Positions 1 to 11,386 of a DNA stretch of 64,000 bases are shown one piece after another. The stretch is from assembly GCA_013265495.1 (NCBI GenBank), contig MU057887.1:3621668-3685667 (forward strand), in the 5' to 3' direction. The position numbers were made by a program, and so were the translations under genes. The DNA is from Vicugna vicugna (lineage: Eukaryota). Position 1 is the first letter of the stretch. Each line of letters starts with the position of its first letter. The notes beneath the pieces are model-generated. The model saw only the letters and a program-made list of their open reading frames with translations. It ran no database searches and had not been told where the DNA came from.

Positions 1-9
1 AACCCATAG

Positions 10-101
10 GAAGAAGAAGTATCCTGACTTATTTGAATGGTTTTGTGTGAAAACACTGAAAGTTTGTTGTTCTCCAGGAACTTACGGGCCGAACTGCCTG
101 G
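10..101 (+). CDS. CRELD2: CRELD2 exon (92 nt), KKKYPDLFEWFCVKTLKVCCSPGTYGPNCL
   Basis: tag acceptor 7-9; gtacgt donor at 102. Confidence 0.93.
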
Positions 102-3100
102 GTACGTTTTTCCATGGGGACCCTCGAGTGTCCTGCATCATCCTTGCTATCCCTGTTGTGATTCCCAGGTGGGCAGAGGCGTAGGAGGGAACCTGGGGCC
201 TTCTGTGGTTTACTGTCCTGGTGTCACCAAAGTCATTCATTGGTCACCTGGGCGAAGGGCACAGTCTTGGAGCCCAGAGCCCCCACTGGCTGCGGCCGCT
301 CCTGCCTTCCCTGCTGGCCTGTGGCCACGGCAGGGTGTTCTCGCTCTCCTGTGTCTAAGTGCGCTGGGCTCCCACGAGGGCCACCCACTGGGCCTGCAGA
401 CCCCAGGTGTCACAGCTTCTCCAGACCCCTTGCCCAGGGGCTTGTGTGCTCCTCAGACAGAACCACAGTTGCTTCCGGGGTAAAGGAGGGCTTGGATTTC
501 ATCAGGAGACCCAGAAAGCTGTTATGAGCATGACCATGTCGCTTGAGTGAGGAACACTTCCTCTGGGTGAGAACACGGCCCAGGGTGCACTCTGAGCAGG
601 GCTGGTGTCCCCACAGCATGCCAAGGAGGGTCCGAGCGGCCCTGCAGTGGGAATGGCCTCTGCAGTGGAGACGGCAGCAGACAGGGGGACGGGACCTGCC
701 AGTGCCACCTGGGCTACCAGGGGCCACTGTGCACCGACTGCACAGCCGGGTACTTCAGCGCACTGAGGAACGCCACCCACAGCGTCTGCACAGGTACCGC
801 CGTCCGGGAGGCACACAGGAGCAGCCCCTTTCCCGAGCTGCTGCGTGGACGGGAGCGGGGGCACTGATGACCTCTCACCCAGACTCCTGGGAGCTTTGGG
901 GAGACGCAGGCCCCTGGGGACCGTGAGAGGGAGATGAGGGGACCAGTACTTCCCGTCCCTTAGCATCCCTCCCCCTCCACCCCCTCCCTCCCCTCCCCCC
1001 GCATCCCCAGGAGGGCAGAGTGCTGCCCCTACCTCCCAGCGTCCTCCTGGAGGAGAACTCAGAGGGCCGACAGCACTGGGTCTTCAGTTCTGCTCTGTCC
1101 ACGCTGCTCTCGGGGCTTTGCGACCTGTGCCAGGCTGCTGTGGCACAAGCCTGCTCTCCCGGAGATGGTCCCAGCAGGACGGCTGGCCCTAGAGTGCCCT
1201 GCTGGCGTCCTCGGCATGCTACGGGGCGCAGAGGCCAGATATGCCCGCGGTCCCTGGGGCTCAGGGTCTGGGAGTGAACAGAGGGAGGCCCGAAGCAGTG
1301 CGCGAGGCGGGATGGTGAGATGAGAGAGAGGACGCCAGAGGCCACGCAGGGTGACCTCCTGGCCCCCACATCCCCTTCTAGAGGACACACTGTCTTGGTT
1401 ATCCTGGTGTCAGTTAAAGCAGGCCCTCCTACCTGGTCTTCAGAGGTGCCCTGGCCAGCATCCTGGGCTTCCCCCTTGAGTCTTGAGATGGGCCCTTGGG
1501 TCACCAGCCACACTGACCATTCACGTGGGGGAGGCCTGTGCCCTACTCCTGAGGCTGCATCAGCCCAGAGTGAGCATCTTGGACCCGCGCCTCCAGACGC
1601 AGCTCAAGCGGGCACGGATTTGTAAATCCGCGGAGGAAGGCACAAGGGGCACCCTTTCCCGATCCGTCTTCTCGTTGGTGTCACTGATGTACAGGAACAC
1701 TTTGTGGGTTTTTTTGGTGTCGGCAGTCATGTTGAATTCTCACGTTGGGGGCTGCCGCCCTCTGGGATGCTCCCTGCCGTGAACACGCTGCCGCCTAGAA
1801 GGCCGGGCCGCTACGGTTCTCACATCCAGTCTTTTCCCGGACCCTGGGGCGCCCTTGCGCGTTGGCGGTGGCACGTGCTCGCCCAGCTGGGCGTGGGCCC
1901 CGGCGTTTGGGTCATTCCCTCTGCCAGGTTATAAAAGAGTCCTTTGGAGTCCTCATTTGCTAGGAATTGTCTCGCTTGTGGACACCAGAGACCCCGTGGA
2001 TTGTCTTTTCTCGTTAAGCCTAGGAATACCGTTAAGTATGTAAGCAGGTTTTTCTGTTGGGTGAATCTTGCTTCCCTGGGGCTTTTTTTGCTTGTTTTCG
2101 GTTTTTCTTGTCACCCTGACGAATGTAATTCCTAACTTCTGGAACAACCTTTGCGTTGTGTTCACTGCTGAGAACGGGGTTCACGCATATGGACAGACAT
2201 CTCCTCTGCCTTCCAGCCTGTGACGAGTCGTGCAAGACGTGCACAGGCCCCACCAGCAGAGACTGCAGCCAGTGCGAGGCAGGCTGGGTGCAGGAGGACG
2301 GCGCCTGCGTGGGTAAGGCTCTGCCCAGTGACCCTCAGGACACCCCGCTGTGCTCTCTGCCCGTCCTGGACTTGTGGGGAGGGAGGCTCGGATGTTCTTG
2401 ATTGTGTTTTAAGGGTCCCGCTGTGGAGGCAAGATTTACTTGAGTGAGACCTTGCCGGGGGCTGGATGCAGCCTAGACACTGGGTGGGGAGGGTGGCCCC
2501 TGCACCAGTCCTTGCCATCAGGTGGCCCCCTGGTCTTGTTGGCTCAGGGCCCTGGAGGGAAACCTGGGACTTGTGCCAACTGTGGCCCCATGTGCCCTGG
2601 TGTCATAAAAGAGACAGATGCCGGGGACAAGGGGACGCAGCGGGGAGAGGGTGGCCCCTGGCTATGGTGAGGATGGGATTAGCACAGGCAGGGTGCCCGC
2701 AGGGCCTGCCGGGGTGCATGGCATACGGGAAGCAGAGGCACAGCCCTCCCCTTGGCCTGCAGCCACACAGGCGCCCCGCCGAAGTCAGAAGTCAGCTGCC
2801 CATCGCAGGGAGGAGGCGTGGCCTTCCTGGCGCTCCCCTGCGCTGGGCTCTGCGCGGCCCTCGGGTCCCGAGGCCTCCGGCCCTGGCGTTGGGCCCACAG
2901 CCCTCCATCCAACGCCGCCCAGGCAGCTAGGGCCACCACGTATGAGCAGGGACCTCAAACCTAGCCCCGCAGCGTCCCAGAACACCGACTCCAAGGGCTG
3001 ACAGGGCCTGGGGGTCTGGCCCTGCCAAGGAGCCTTTCCTCAGGCCCAGGTGCTGGCAGGTGGGGCAGGGGGCAGGTGGAGGCTGGGGTCTCCTCCTCCT

Positions 3101-6100
3101 ACCATGGCCTCGGTTTTGGTTTCACCCCTCACAGCTGCTTGGCCTCACGCAACTCCGGGGCCTCTGGCCTCTGTCCCAAATTAAGTGGAGAGGGGAGTGG
3201 CCTCATCAGCCCAGACTTGGGGCTTCATCAAGGCCATGTGGAAGTGCAGGGTGCTCATGGGTCAGCCGTCTGTCCCTCACAGCGGCCCCTCCTTGCTGGC
3301 CCTGCACACAAGAGGCCTCCCAGGACAGCCGTCAAAACGCCTTCCAGGCGGTGATGACCGCTCTGCCCAGGCCAGCCCTGGCCGCAGGCTGTGAGCAGCC
3401 AGCACCTGTGCCGTCTGGAAGGCGGTCCAGGGGCCTGTGCTCATGGCCGTGCTGCTGTGTTCCAGACGTGGACGAGTGCGCGGCGGAGACGCCCCCCTGC
3501 GGCGACACGCAGTACTGCGAGAACGTCAGCGGCTCGTTCGTGTGCGAAGGTGCCCGCCCAGCTCTCCAGGGCTCCCTGGGGTGGGTCGCCTCCAAGTTCT
3601 GCATGGTCCCATTTTTTCCTGTTGAGACGCTCCTGTGTGGTTTGTCAGCGTGATCTCTGTTTAACGTGGCAACTCAATAACAGGTGTTTGCCAAAAAGTC
3701 AGAGAACGCAAGTAAGTGGGAAGAAGGAGACGGCCTGCCCCTCCCCGGAGGGGCCTCCCATGCTCGCTGCTCTGACTCCTGCTCGTATCTTTTCCCTCAA
3801 CCACCTGGGACCACCTTTGTTCGCCGCGCTTCCTACTTTGTCAGTTGTTTTGGAGCTACCGCTATTGTGGAATTTTCTCTAACAATCCATGTTGTTGAGT
3901 ATTTAAATCGCCCAGGTTTTCCCACGGTTACAAACTGTGATGACCCCACAGGTAGAGCTTTTCACATTCTTCATTATTTTCTTTGGCTCAATTTCCAAGT
4001 GGCTCTGTTCAAGGGAACATGGCTTGTAGGCCCCCGCCCTTCCCCGAAGGTCGTGGCAGCTCCTCGCCCACTGGCAGCAGGTGAGGCTGCTCCCCGAGTC
4101 TGTGGCCACGCTGGTGGCCCAGCATTTCCACGTTTGTGGAGACGTGTCTCCAAGGAGACGCCCTCAGAGTGGACCGAGCCCGGCTGTCGTTCGCGCTGAG
4201 CTCCCAGCGGGCGAGTCAGCAGCGTCATGAGCAGAGGGGCTTTGTTTTGAGAAAAGCTGCTGCTTCCACTCCACCGAGGGTCACGGAAGGGTCGCCTTAG
4301 CACTGCGGCCCCAGCCCTGTTGCTGCGTCCCGGCCCCTGAGGGACCTGGTGCTGTGGTCCGTTTAAGCAAGTTCACACTTCTCCAGGGAGGGAGGCGGGG
4401 TGCTGAGAAGGCGCTGCGCACTCCCCTCCGACGGGCAAGGACACTGGTCTGAGGCCTGCAGGGTTTCAGGCTACCTCTCTCCCTCTGTTCCCAGAGTGTG
4501 ACCCCACCTGCGTGGGCTGCACGGGGAAGGGCCCCGGACACTGCAAAGAGTGCGTCCCCGGCTACGCTAAAGAGAGCGGCCAGTGCACAGGTCGGTGCTG
4601 CCGTGCGGCTGCGGGGCCTTCTGGGGCCGTGACGTGCGCAGCCCTGAGAGCTGCTGGCGGGGCGGGGCCCTGGGCTTGGGCTCTTCCTGCAAAGCCCGCT
4701 TCACAAGCGCTGCGGGGTCGGGGCTGGGCTCGCAGAGGCCGCGGGCAGGGGCTGGGGGTCTGGTCCTGGTGCTCCCAGGGCACTGCCCCCTCAGCTCCTG
4801 GTGACGCGGCCCCGTGGCTGCATGTCAGCCTCCAGGTGGAGGCCCGGCTAGCCCCCACTGGAGAGGCCACCGGGCCCCTGCCGTCGTCTGCCAGACTATG
4901 CCTTTGTCCCCACCGAGGGCAGGCCTCTGAGGTCCTGCTAAATTCTCCTGCACTCCTTTCCCGACGGGGCTTCTCCAGTCTCTGTGCTTGCTGTGTGTGA
5001 GTGAGTCCTGGCGGCTTGAGTCCCACGGTCCTGGGCGTGTGTTGAGCGAGCTGTCTTCACCTAGACGTGGACGAGTGTGCGCACGCAGGGGGCGTCTGTC
5101 CCAGGAGGAATGAGAACTGCTACAACACGCCCGGGAGCTTCGTCTGTGTGTGTCCCGAGGGCTTCGAGGAGGCCGAGGACGCCTGCATGCAGCCGCGGCC
5201 CGCAAGGGATGGTGAGTGTGCGGCCTGCCCGGCCCTCCGAGTGGCGTCTGGGTCCGCTGGCCACTTGGTCCCAAGTTAGAAAGTCACACAGAGTGGCTCT
5301 GGGATGGTGGTGGCCAGGGTGCCTGCAAGACAAGAGGTAGAACTCTGCAGGTACAAACCCCAGGGGGCTGCTGCACAAGAGGACGGAGGGACGGAAAGGA
5401 AGGTCTGCACTGGTTCCCGCAGGGAACGCGGGAAGAGGCAGAGGCAGGTGGTCTCCTGGGAGCTCTGGGCGGCCGTGACAGAGCGCCGCAGCCCGGCGTG
5501 TCAGCCACAGAGACCGCTGTCTCCCCGTCCCGGAGGCTGGACGTCTGAGATTGAGGAGCCGGCAGGGCTGCCTCCCTCTGAAACCCGTGGGAGAGGATGC
5601 TTCCTGCCTCTTCCAGATTCTCGGAGTTCCTGGGCGTGCAGCTGCGGCCCCGTAGCCCCTCCCTCTGTTGTCACGTGGCCCTCTCCCTGGGTGTGTGTCC
5701 AGAGTTCCCTCTTCTTACAGGACACATCCCTGGATCAGGCCCCAATGACCTCACCTTAACTTGATCACCTGCAAAGACCCTGTTTCCAAGGCAGGTCCCG
5801 TTCACGGTGCAGAGGCTGGATGTCAGCACCTTTGGGGGTGGGGGACACCGTTCTCATGGTAGTCTCAGAAGTTCTAGAAGAATGTGGAGAACGTGAAGGA
5901 AGCAATGTTCAAACAGACAATGGCTGAGAGTTTCCCAGAAGGAGTAAGACTTGAGTCAGACGCCAGAAGCCCCCTGAGTCCCCAGCAGGACGGAGAATAA
6001 AGAATAAACAGAAGTGAATCCGTGCGGACGCGCTGCAGTGACGGCGAGGCAACAAGGACAGAGGGGCTTGGTCGGCAGAGAGCAGGCCCGGGCGAGGAGG

Positions 6101-6453
6101 GGCTTCGGCCATGCTCCCCCTGCCCCCACCTTGTCCCGGGGACCTCCGGCCCTCGCCCCTCCCCGTCACGCAGGCTCTCTGGACTGATGTCGGGGATGCC
6201 TCCCCAGCTTCCTGTCTCCCACCTCCCACCCCAGAGTGGTGCAGTGGCTCTGGGATGGCCGCCGCCCCTGGAAGGAGCTGGTGCCACCCCAGGGCCGGGG
6301 CGGGCCGGCTCCACCCTGCTGCATCCAGCACCAGCCCTGTGGCCACGTCCTCAGAGTCTCTCATGCCAGGACTTCACCGAATGATCTGTTTGTTTTCTGA
6401 CAGAAGCCACAGAAGAAAACCCCGCACCGCCGCCCTCCCGCGAAGACTTATGA
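10..6453 (+). CDS. CRELD2: CRELD2 (cysteine-rich with EGF-like domains 2), 3' part: join(10..101,617..793,2217..2312,3466..3549,4495..4590,5065..5211,6404..6453); 5' exons lie upstream of the window
   Basis: All junctions are GT-AG with consistent phase. Spliced protein reads KKKYPDLFEWFCVKTLKVCCSPGTYGPNCLACQGGSERPCSGNG...DVDEC...PSREDL*, with EGF/furin-like and Ca-binding EGF repeats and a C-terminal REDL, matching recalled human CRELD2. Confidence 0.96.
617..793 (+). CDS. CRELD2: CRELD2 exon (177 nt), EGF-like CQGGSERPCSGNG...HSVCT
   Basis: cacag acceptor; gtaccg donor at 794; phase 1-1. Confidence 0.95.
2217..2312 (+). CDS. CRELD2: CRELD2 exon (96 nt), furin-like CDESCKTCTGPTSRDCSQCEAGWVQEDGACV
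   Basis: ttccag acceptor; gtaagg donor at 2313. Confidence 0.95.
3466..3549 (+). CDS. CRELD2: CRELD2 exon (84 nt), Ca-binding EGF DVDECAAETPPCGDTQYCENVSGSFVCE
   Basis: ttccag acceptor; gtgccc donor at 3550. Confidence 0.94.
4495..4590 (+). CDS. CRELD2: CRELD2 exon (96 nt), CDPTCVGCTGKGPGHCKECVPGYAKESGQCT
   Basis: polypyrimidine tract plus cccag; gtcggt donor at 4591. Confidence 0.95.
5065..5211 (+). CDS. CRELD2: CRELD2 exon (147 nt), Ca-binding EGF DVDECAHAGGVCPRRNENCYNTPGSFVCVCPEGFEEAEDAC
   Basis: cctag acceptor; gtgagt donor at 5212. Confidence 0.95.
5460..5855. mobile_element. MaLR solo LTR, MLT1(C-like), in the last CRELD2 intron
   Basis: Resembles recalled MLT1 consensus segments, e.g. 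aatgacctcaccttaacttgatcacctgcaaagaccctgtttccaa; boundaries approximate. Confidence 0.7.
5865..6060 (+). mobile_element. Old L1 ORF1 fragment
   Basis: gaagcaatgttcaaacagacaatggctgagagtttcccagaa resembles the L1M ORF1 EIMAENFP region; A-rich on +. Confidence 0.55.
6404..6453 (+). CDS. CRELD2: CRELD2 last coding exon, EATEENPAPPPSREDL*
   Basis: tttgttttctgacag acceptor; TGA 6451-6453; KDEL-like REDL motif. Confidence 0.94.
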
Positions 6454-6653
6454 CGCGCGCCCCGTGCAGGAAGCCGCACCTGCGCTCCGAGTTATCAGAC
6501 CGGTGCCCGACGGGCGGCCGCGGCGGCCCTGCACCCGGGGAACGGTCGGGCGGACGCTGCCGTTGAAGTGGTTGGTGCCTGTCTGGCCCTTTAAAAATCT
6601 GCGTTCCTGGGTGATTCTTCAAGAGATTCGTATATTTTGATACTGTTCTTTAT

Positions 6654-6659
6654 AATAAA
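6654..6659 (+). terminator. CRELD2: CRELD2 polyadenylation signal AATAAA
   Basis: AATAAA 200 nt after the stop, preceded by U-rich sequence. Confidence 0.85.
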
Positions 6660-9191
6660 ATTGGCCGTTGCAGGTAGTCAGAACCAGCACGAGTCTGTCC
6701 CTTTAAGAACGGGAGCTCTGAAATGGAGCCTGTCCTGCGTGGTACCGAGCCCAGCAGCTCTGCTGTCCCTGGGGGCTCCCCCTCCCCCCTGCCCTCCCCC
6801 CCCCGCTGCAGGCTCACAAGCACCATCAGTACCACGACCCAGCGGGTTTCAGGGCCCAGCTTGCGGCCCCCTAGGGTGAGTGTGGTCAGGGGCCCAGCGA
6901 GGGGCTGAGCTGCAGTGGAAGTCTGCTGTAACCCCAGGAGCAGTTCTTCCCGCAGAACTGGCAGAATTCTGAGAAAAAGGCCCCACGGACCGCACTCCCC
7001 TCCCCCCGCCCAGGGTTTTCTCACCACTCTGTGGTGGTCAGACCAGGGCTGCCCCCCAGTGAGCGCTGGGTCTCCCAACGCCCCTGACGCCTGCCCCGTG
7101 CAGTGTGGCTGCTCCCCCTCACCTACACTTCCCTGCCCCCCAGGCCTCACTCCCATCCATATAAACGTCCCCCACTGTCCTGGCACTGCTGACCACAGCA
7201 TCCACATGCCCTCTGGCTGTCCGGATGCTCTCCGAGCCCGAGCTGGTCACCCACCTGGGCACTGGGGTGAGCCTGGGCAGGTGGGACTCTACCCCGGGAG
7301 TCCTTGCTGGGCAGGTGCACCCGCAGCAGGCTTGCCTTGGGCTCTCCTGCATCTCCGTGGTCTCGGCCTCCTTTGCTCTGTGTCCATCTCCGTGGTGGGG
7401 GGCGGGGAGCTAGTGTCCCCGAATTCCTAGAGGGACCGGGGGTCCAGCTGGCTCGGAGGCTGACCTGCAGCACAGGTTGCCGGCCACTCGGGTCCAGGTC
7501 AGACTTGCAGGGGAGCCCACGCTGGGGGCAGCTGGTCATCTCCTGCAGACACGATGATGAGGCTGGGCAAAGCGTGTCAGAGGGAGGGTCACCAGCAGAG
7601 TGATGGCTGCGGGTGGAGGGCAGTGCAGGGCAGGGGGCAGGTGAGGGGCAGGGCTGTGGGTCCCTGAGGAGCCCCAGGGCAGGTTGGAGCCTGCAATCTG
7701 GGGACTTCTAGGAGCCCCTCAGGCTGGGGAGGTTGTTGGAGAACAGAGCGCAGACCTGATTGCTGAGGGGTGTCAGGTGGGCGTGGCCAAGCCTCCTGTC
7801 AGAGGGGAGTGGGAATGGACAAGAGAGACCCCTGGCCTTAGGGAGGGGTGTTAAGGGGGCTCCCAGGAGGGGAAGAGAGGAAGATTTCTGCGCCTGGTTA
7901 GCAGGGTCAAGGCCAGAGTAGGTGGTTTCTGCCCAGCTAGGGTCCATCTCCCCCGTGGGGCCACACGGCCACAGCAAGGACCTGTCCCCCTTTCCAGCTG
8001 GAACCTGAAGGGTCCCCAGCCTTGCTGCTGGCCATGGAAAAGAGCTCACAGCCACTGGGTGGCACTGTCTCCCCTTGCACGGCGCGGCTACCTAAGTGGC
8101 TGCCCCCCAGGGCTCTGTGGGTCCTGAAACCCCCCTCTCCCACACAGGTGGCATCAGTAGATGTCCTGAGAGGCCAGTCGTCCGGCAGCGGGGAGGGGCA
8201 GGCCTGGGGATTTGGACGCTAGGAAGCTGGACTCTCGCCTGAGCCCTGCAGCTGGCTCCTCTGTGGCCCCCATGCTGGTCTGTCAGGGTCTGAGGGGTCC
8301 TCTACCCCTCCCCTACTCGGCCTTCCTGCTGTGCCACGGCCCACCCTAGACCACCCCCATGGGTACTGCAGGGCCTGGGTGGCCTGGGGAGGGACAAGGC
8401 AGCTGGGCGTCTCTGTACTGATGGCAGCTTTGGCCCTGCCCAGGGTGGCCCACTGGCCGCCTCCTTCTACTCCAGGACCCCCACTCAGGGCCCCCTGCCC
8501 CTTCACTGCAGAGTCCAGGCTGACCTTGTTCCTCTGAAGTGCCAAGTGCAGCCACACCCCAGGACCTCTGCACGGCTGTCCTGCTGGGAATACCAGTCTA
8601 GGCTCCTGCTCCCTCCCACCCCGGGTCTCTGCTCAGCTGTCAGCCATCAGACGACTGCCCTAGCCCCTTCCCCACGTCACACCCTCTGTAAGGGCCCCAC
8701 CCCTCCCCAGGGGCATGTCCCACATTCAGCATAGGGTCCTGGCTCCTCTGCTCTGAGGCTGAGGTCTGGAGTCAGTGGCTGACAGCCCCCAGTCTCAGTG
8801 TTCCCCTCCGTAAATGGGAGGATGTTCCCAGCCGAGGGAGCTGGGGCCAGACTAGGAGAAGGGTCTCCCGCCTGGCCCATGGTTTAGGAGCGTTAATAAG
8901 GGTGTGGACGGGCAGGAAGGGTGGACTCGCCCACAGCAGGACCTCGCCAGGCGTGGGCAAGGAGCGCAGGGTGCAGGCAGGGTCCCGAGGGTCCACGTGC
9001 TGAGGTGTGCGGACATGGGCACTGGGGGCTTGGACACTGGTGCCCGCACAGAGGGTCTGGCTCCGCCTAGGGTGGTGGGGCAACTGGGCAGTGACCCCTG
9101 CCCGAGCTCTGTGGTCTCCCCTCTGGCCAAGGGAAAGGACAGGTCCAGGCCCCTGAGTGGATCAACCACTGGGCGGGGGCTGAAGGAGGTG

Positions 9192-9210
9192 TGGCCAGCA
9201 GAGGGCGCTG
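9192..9210 (+). promoter_or_regulatory. Candidate CTCF site TGGCCAGCAGAGGGCGCTG
   Basis: Near-perfect match to CTCF core CCASYAGRKGGCRS. Confidence 0.65.
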
Positions 9211-11330
9211 CAGGACCACCCGGGCCCCTCTGCCTGGACTGGCCCCTTCAGCAGGCTGTTTCGTACCCTGCAGCCTGGAAACTCCCAGAAGTGTGGTGCG
9301 TATGCCCGTGGCCCCGGCCCAGCCCTATCCTGGCTTGGCTGTAAAGCAGACCCCTTGGTCTGATGTGTCCACGTGTGGGGTTCTGTGCCACAGGATCAAA
9401 CGTTCCATAAGCCAGCAATTCTCCACACGTGGCCCAGGAGACACGAGGCAGTGTCCGGGGACACTGGTCAAAACGGGGTGAGGAAGCTACTGGCTCGAGT
9501 GGGCAGAGACCAGGGAGACTGCTCCACACCTCAGAGCCCACGACGCCCAGCCCCAGTATGGAGAGGCGGCGCCGCTCTGGGCCCCGGGGCGTCGGGGGGC
9601 GCTCCCACTTCCCCCACCCAGACCCTGGCCCGCAGGGCGGGGTCAGAGGCAGCAGCAGCAGTGACTCAGCACTACAGCCCCCCCGCACTCCAAGTCCCCT
9701 TCAGCTGTGAGCCGAGCAGTCCCAAGGACCTGCCCCTCCAGCACCTCCAGACGCCGTGCGTCCTTCGCTTTGGCAGGGGGGTGATGGGGGTGCTAGGCCC
9801 CCGCGTCTGTGCAGGGCCCACCCCACTAGGGTGCACGGTCCCACAAAGGCCCCAGGGCACTTGCCACTTCCTGGTCACCTGGCCTTTACACGGAGCCACT
9901 GTTGCCAGGGACGTGTGGCTGGTCCAGGGGACTGTGGGCAGGAGGGTCTGCAGAGCCTGGGAGGGGCCATGTGTTCACCCCCAGGAACCCTGAACTGTTT
10001 CAGTCTTCCCCACGGGGACCAGGGAGAGTGAACCCATCACTGGCCACTGCACACCTGAGGCCGTGGACACTTGACTCCGGCAAAGACAGCATGTCTGGCC
10101 AAGGCGGGCTTCGGCAGCCATCCACAGCCTGGGGTCCATCACCTGCCCTTTCTAGGGCTCAGACCGGTGGTCTAAATGAAGATGTGACAGGCCCACGTTT
10201 TCAGGGCTTTAAACATGTCACTAATCACCTGGCTTTCAACTTATTATCTTGGGTGAGGCCCTTCCAGAGGCTTCCACAGGACTTGCCCTGGCTGGTGGCC
10301 AAGGAAGTGATGCCCACCATCAAGCTTGTCTGCTCCCCTTGTCTGTTCTGAGCCTGGGGAACTGACCACCTGATGGACATGTAGACTCAAGGTCAGGGCT
10401 CAGACCCTGGCTGGAATTCCAAGTGTTACTGGGCTCCCGGTACCGGCACCGCCTGGAACCCTGCGTCCGGCTGTCTTCCCACGCTCGGTGTCTCTTCTGC
10501 CCTGTGCTCAGTTACAGGGTTCTAGGGAAGGGCTGGGGGAAGTATAATGTGTGGCAGACTCTGTCCCCTTCAGGCAGGGGGTTCCGGGTCTGAAACCTGC
10601 CCCAGGCCTGGAAATTGGGCAAGGGGTCATGACCTTTCACTGGGGCCTCCCGATCACGGATCCCTGAGTTCTCCTGGGCAGCCCGGCCAATCCCCGGGAA
10701 CATGGTGTTCTGTAACCACAACCTCAGGCGCCTCAGGCCCTTGGCCTGGTTCCAACCTGCTGCTCACAGGAGCCACATCCACCTGCCGCTGCCGGCCGGG
10801 CGCCACCACCCCCACCGTCAGTTCTGTGACAACCTCGCCACGAGCAGCTGCTGACGGGGGCTGGGGGGGCGCCTCACGCATGGCCCTTCTCCACGTCTGC
10901 TCTGATGCCCTGCCTCCTTCCCGGCCTCCCAGCGCTGTGACCGCATCACCTTGTGGGTGTGCGTCCTGGACCTCAGGGAAGGCTCTGCAACCAATAGGCT
11001 CCCCTGCACTCCGGGACGTGCTACTGGGTTCTGCGGTTCCTCTAGGGGCCAGCATGCCCCCCCCAGGTTGTCACCGCTTGATCCCAGGAGCAGGCCCCCA
11101 CGGCAAGGCCCATGTCTTCAACGAGGGCACCTGGGGAGGTGTGGCCCCTGGTGTGGGTCACCCGTACCGCCCATTCCCCCTCAGGTGGCGCCCAGGCTGG
11201 GGTTTCGCCCTCATGGGCGCTGGCTCCTCTAGCCCCACGTCCTCCTGGTCTCTCCCCCAACCCGTTAGCTTTTCCCAGAGCGACAGGCAATGAAAGAAGC
11301 CCCCCATGACACCACCATCCGACACTTTTT

Positions 11331-11386
11331 TTAAAATGGAGGTCCTGGGGATTGAACCCGGGACCTCATGCATGCTAGACCCACCC
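11331..11386 (-). mobile_element. tRNA-derived SINE (camelid Vic-1-like), internally deleted, with ~19-bp target-site duplication
   Basis: Minus strand ctagcatgcatgaggtcccgGGTTCAATCCccaggacctccatttt then A tail (Pol III B box); flanking direct repeats ccaccatcc(g/c)acacttttt at 11312-11330 and 11387-11405. Confidence 0.75.

Noticed and set aside
9405..9470. Possible MER20-like and MIR fragments (also ~8790, 26510, 31200, 33365)
   Set aside because: Too short and diverged to call reliably by eye
11331..11386. tRNA gene (B box GGTTCAATCC)
   Set aside because: No A box or cloverleaf; the A tail and target-site duplication indicate a SINE
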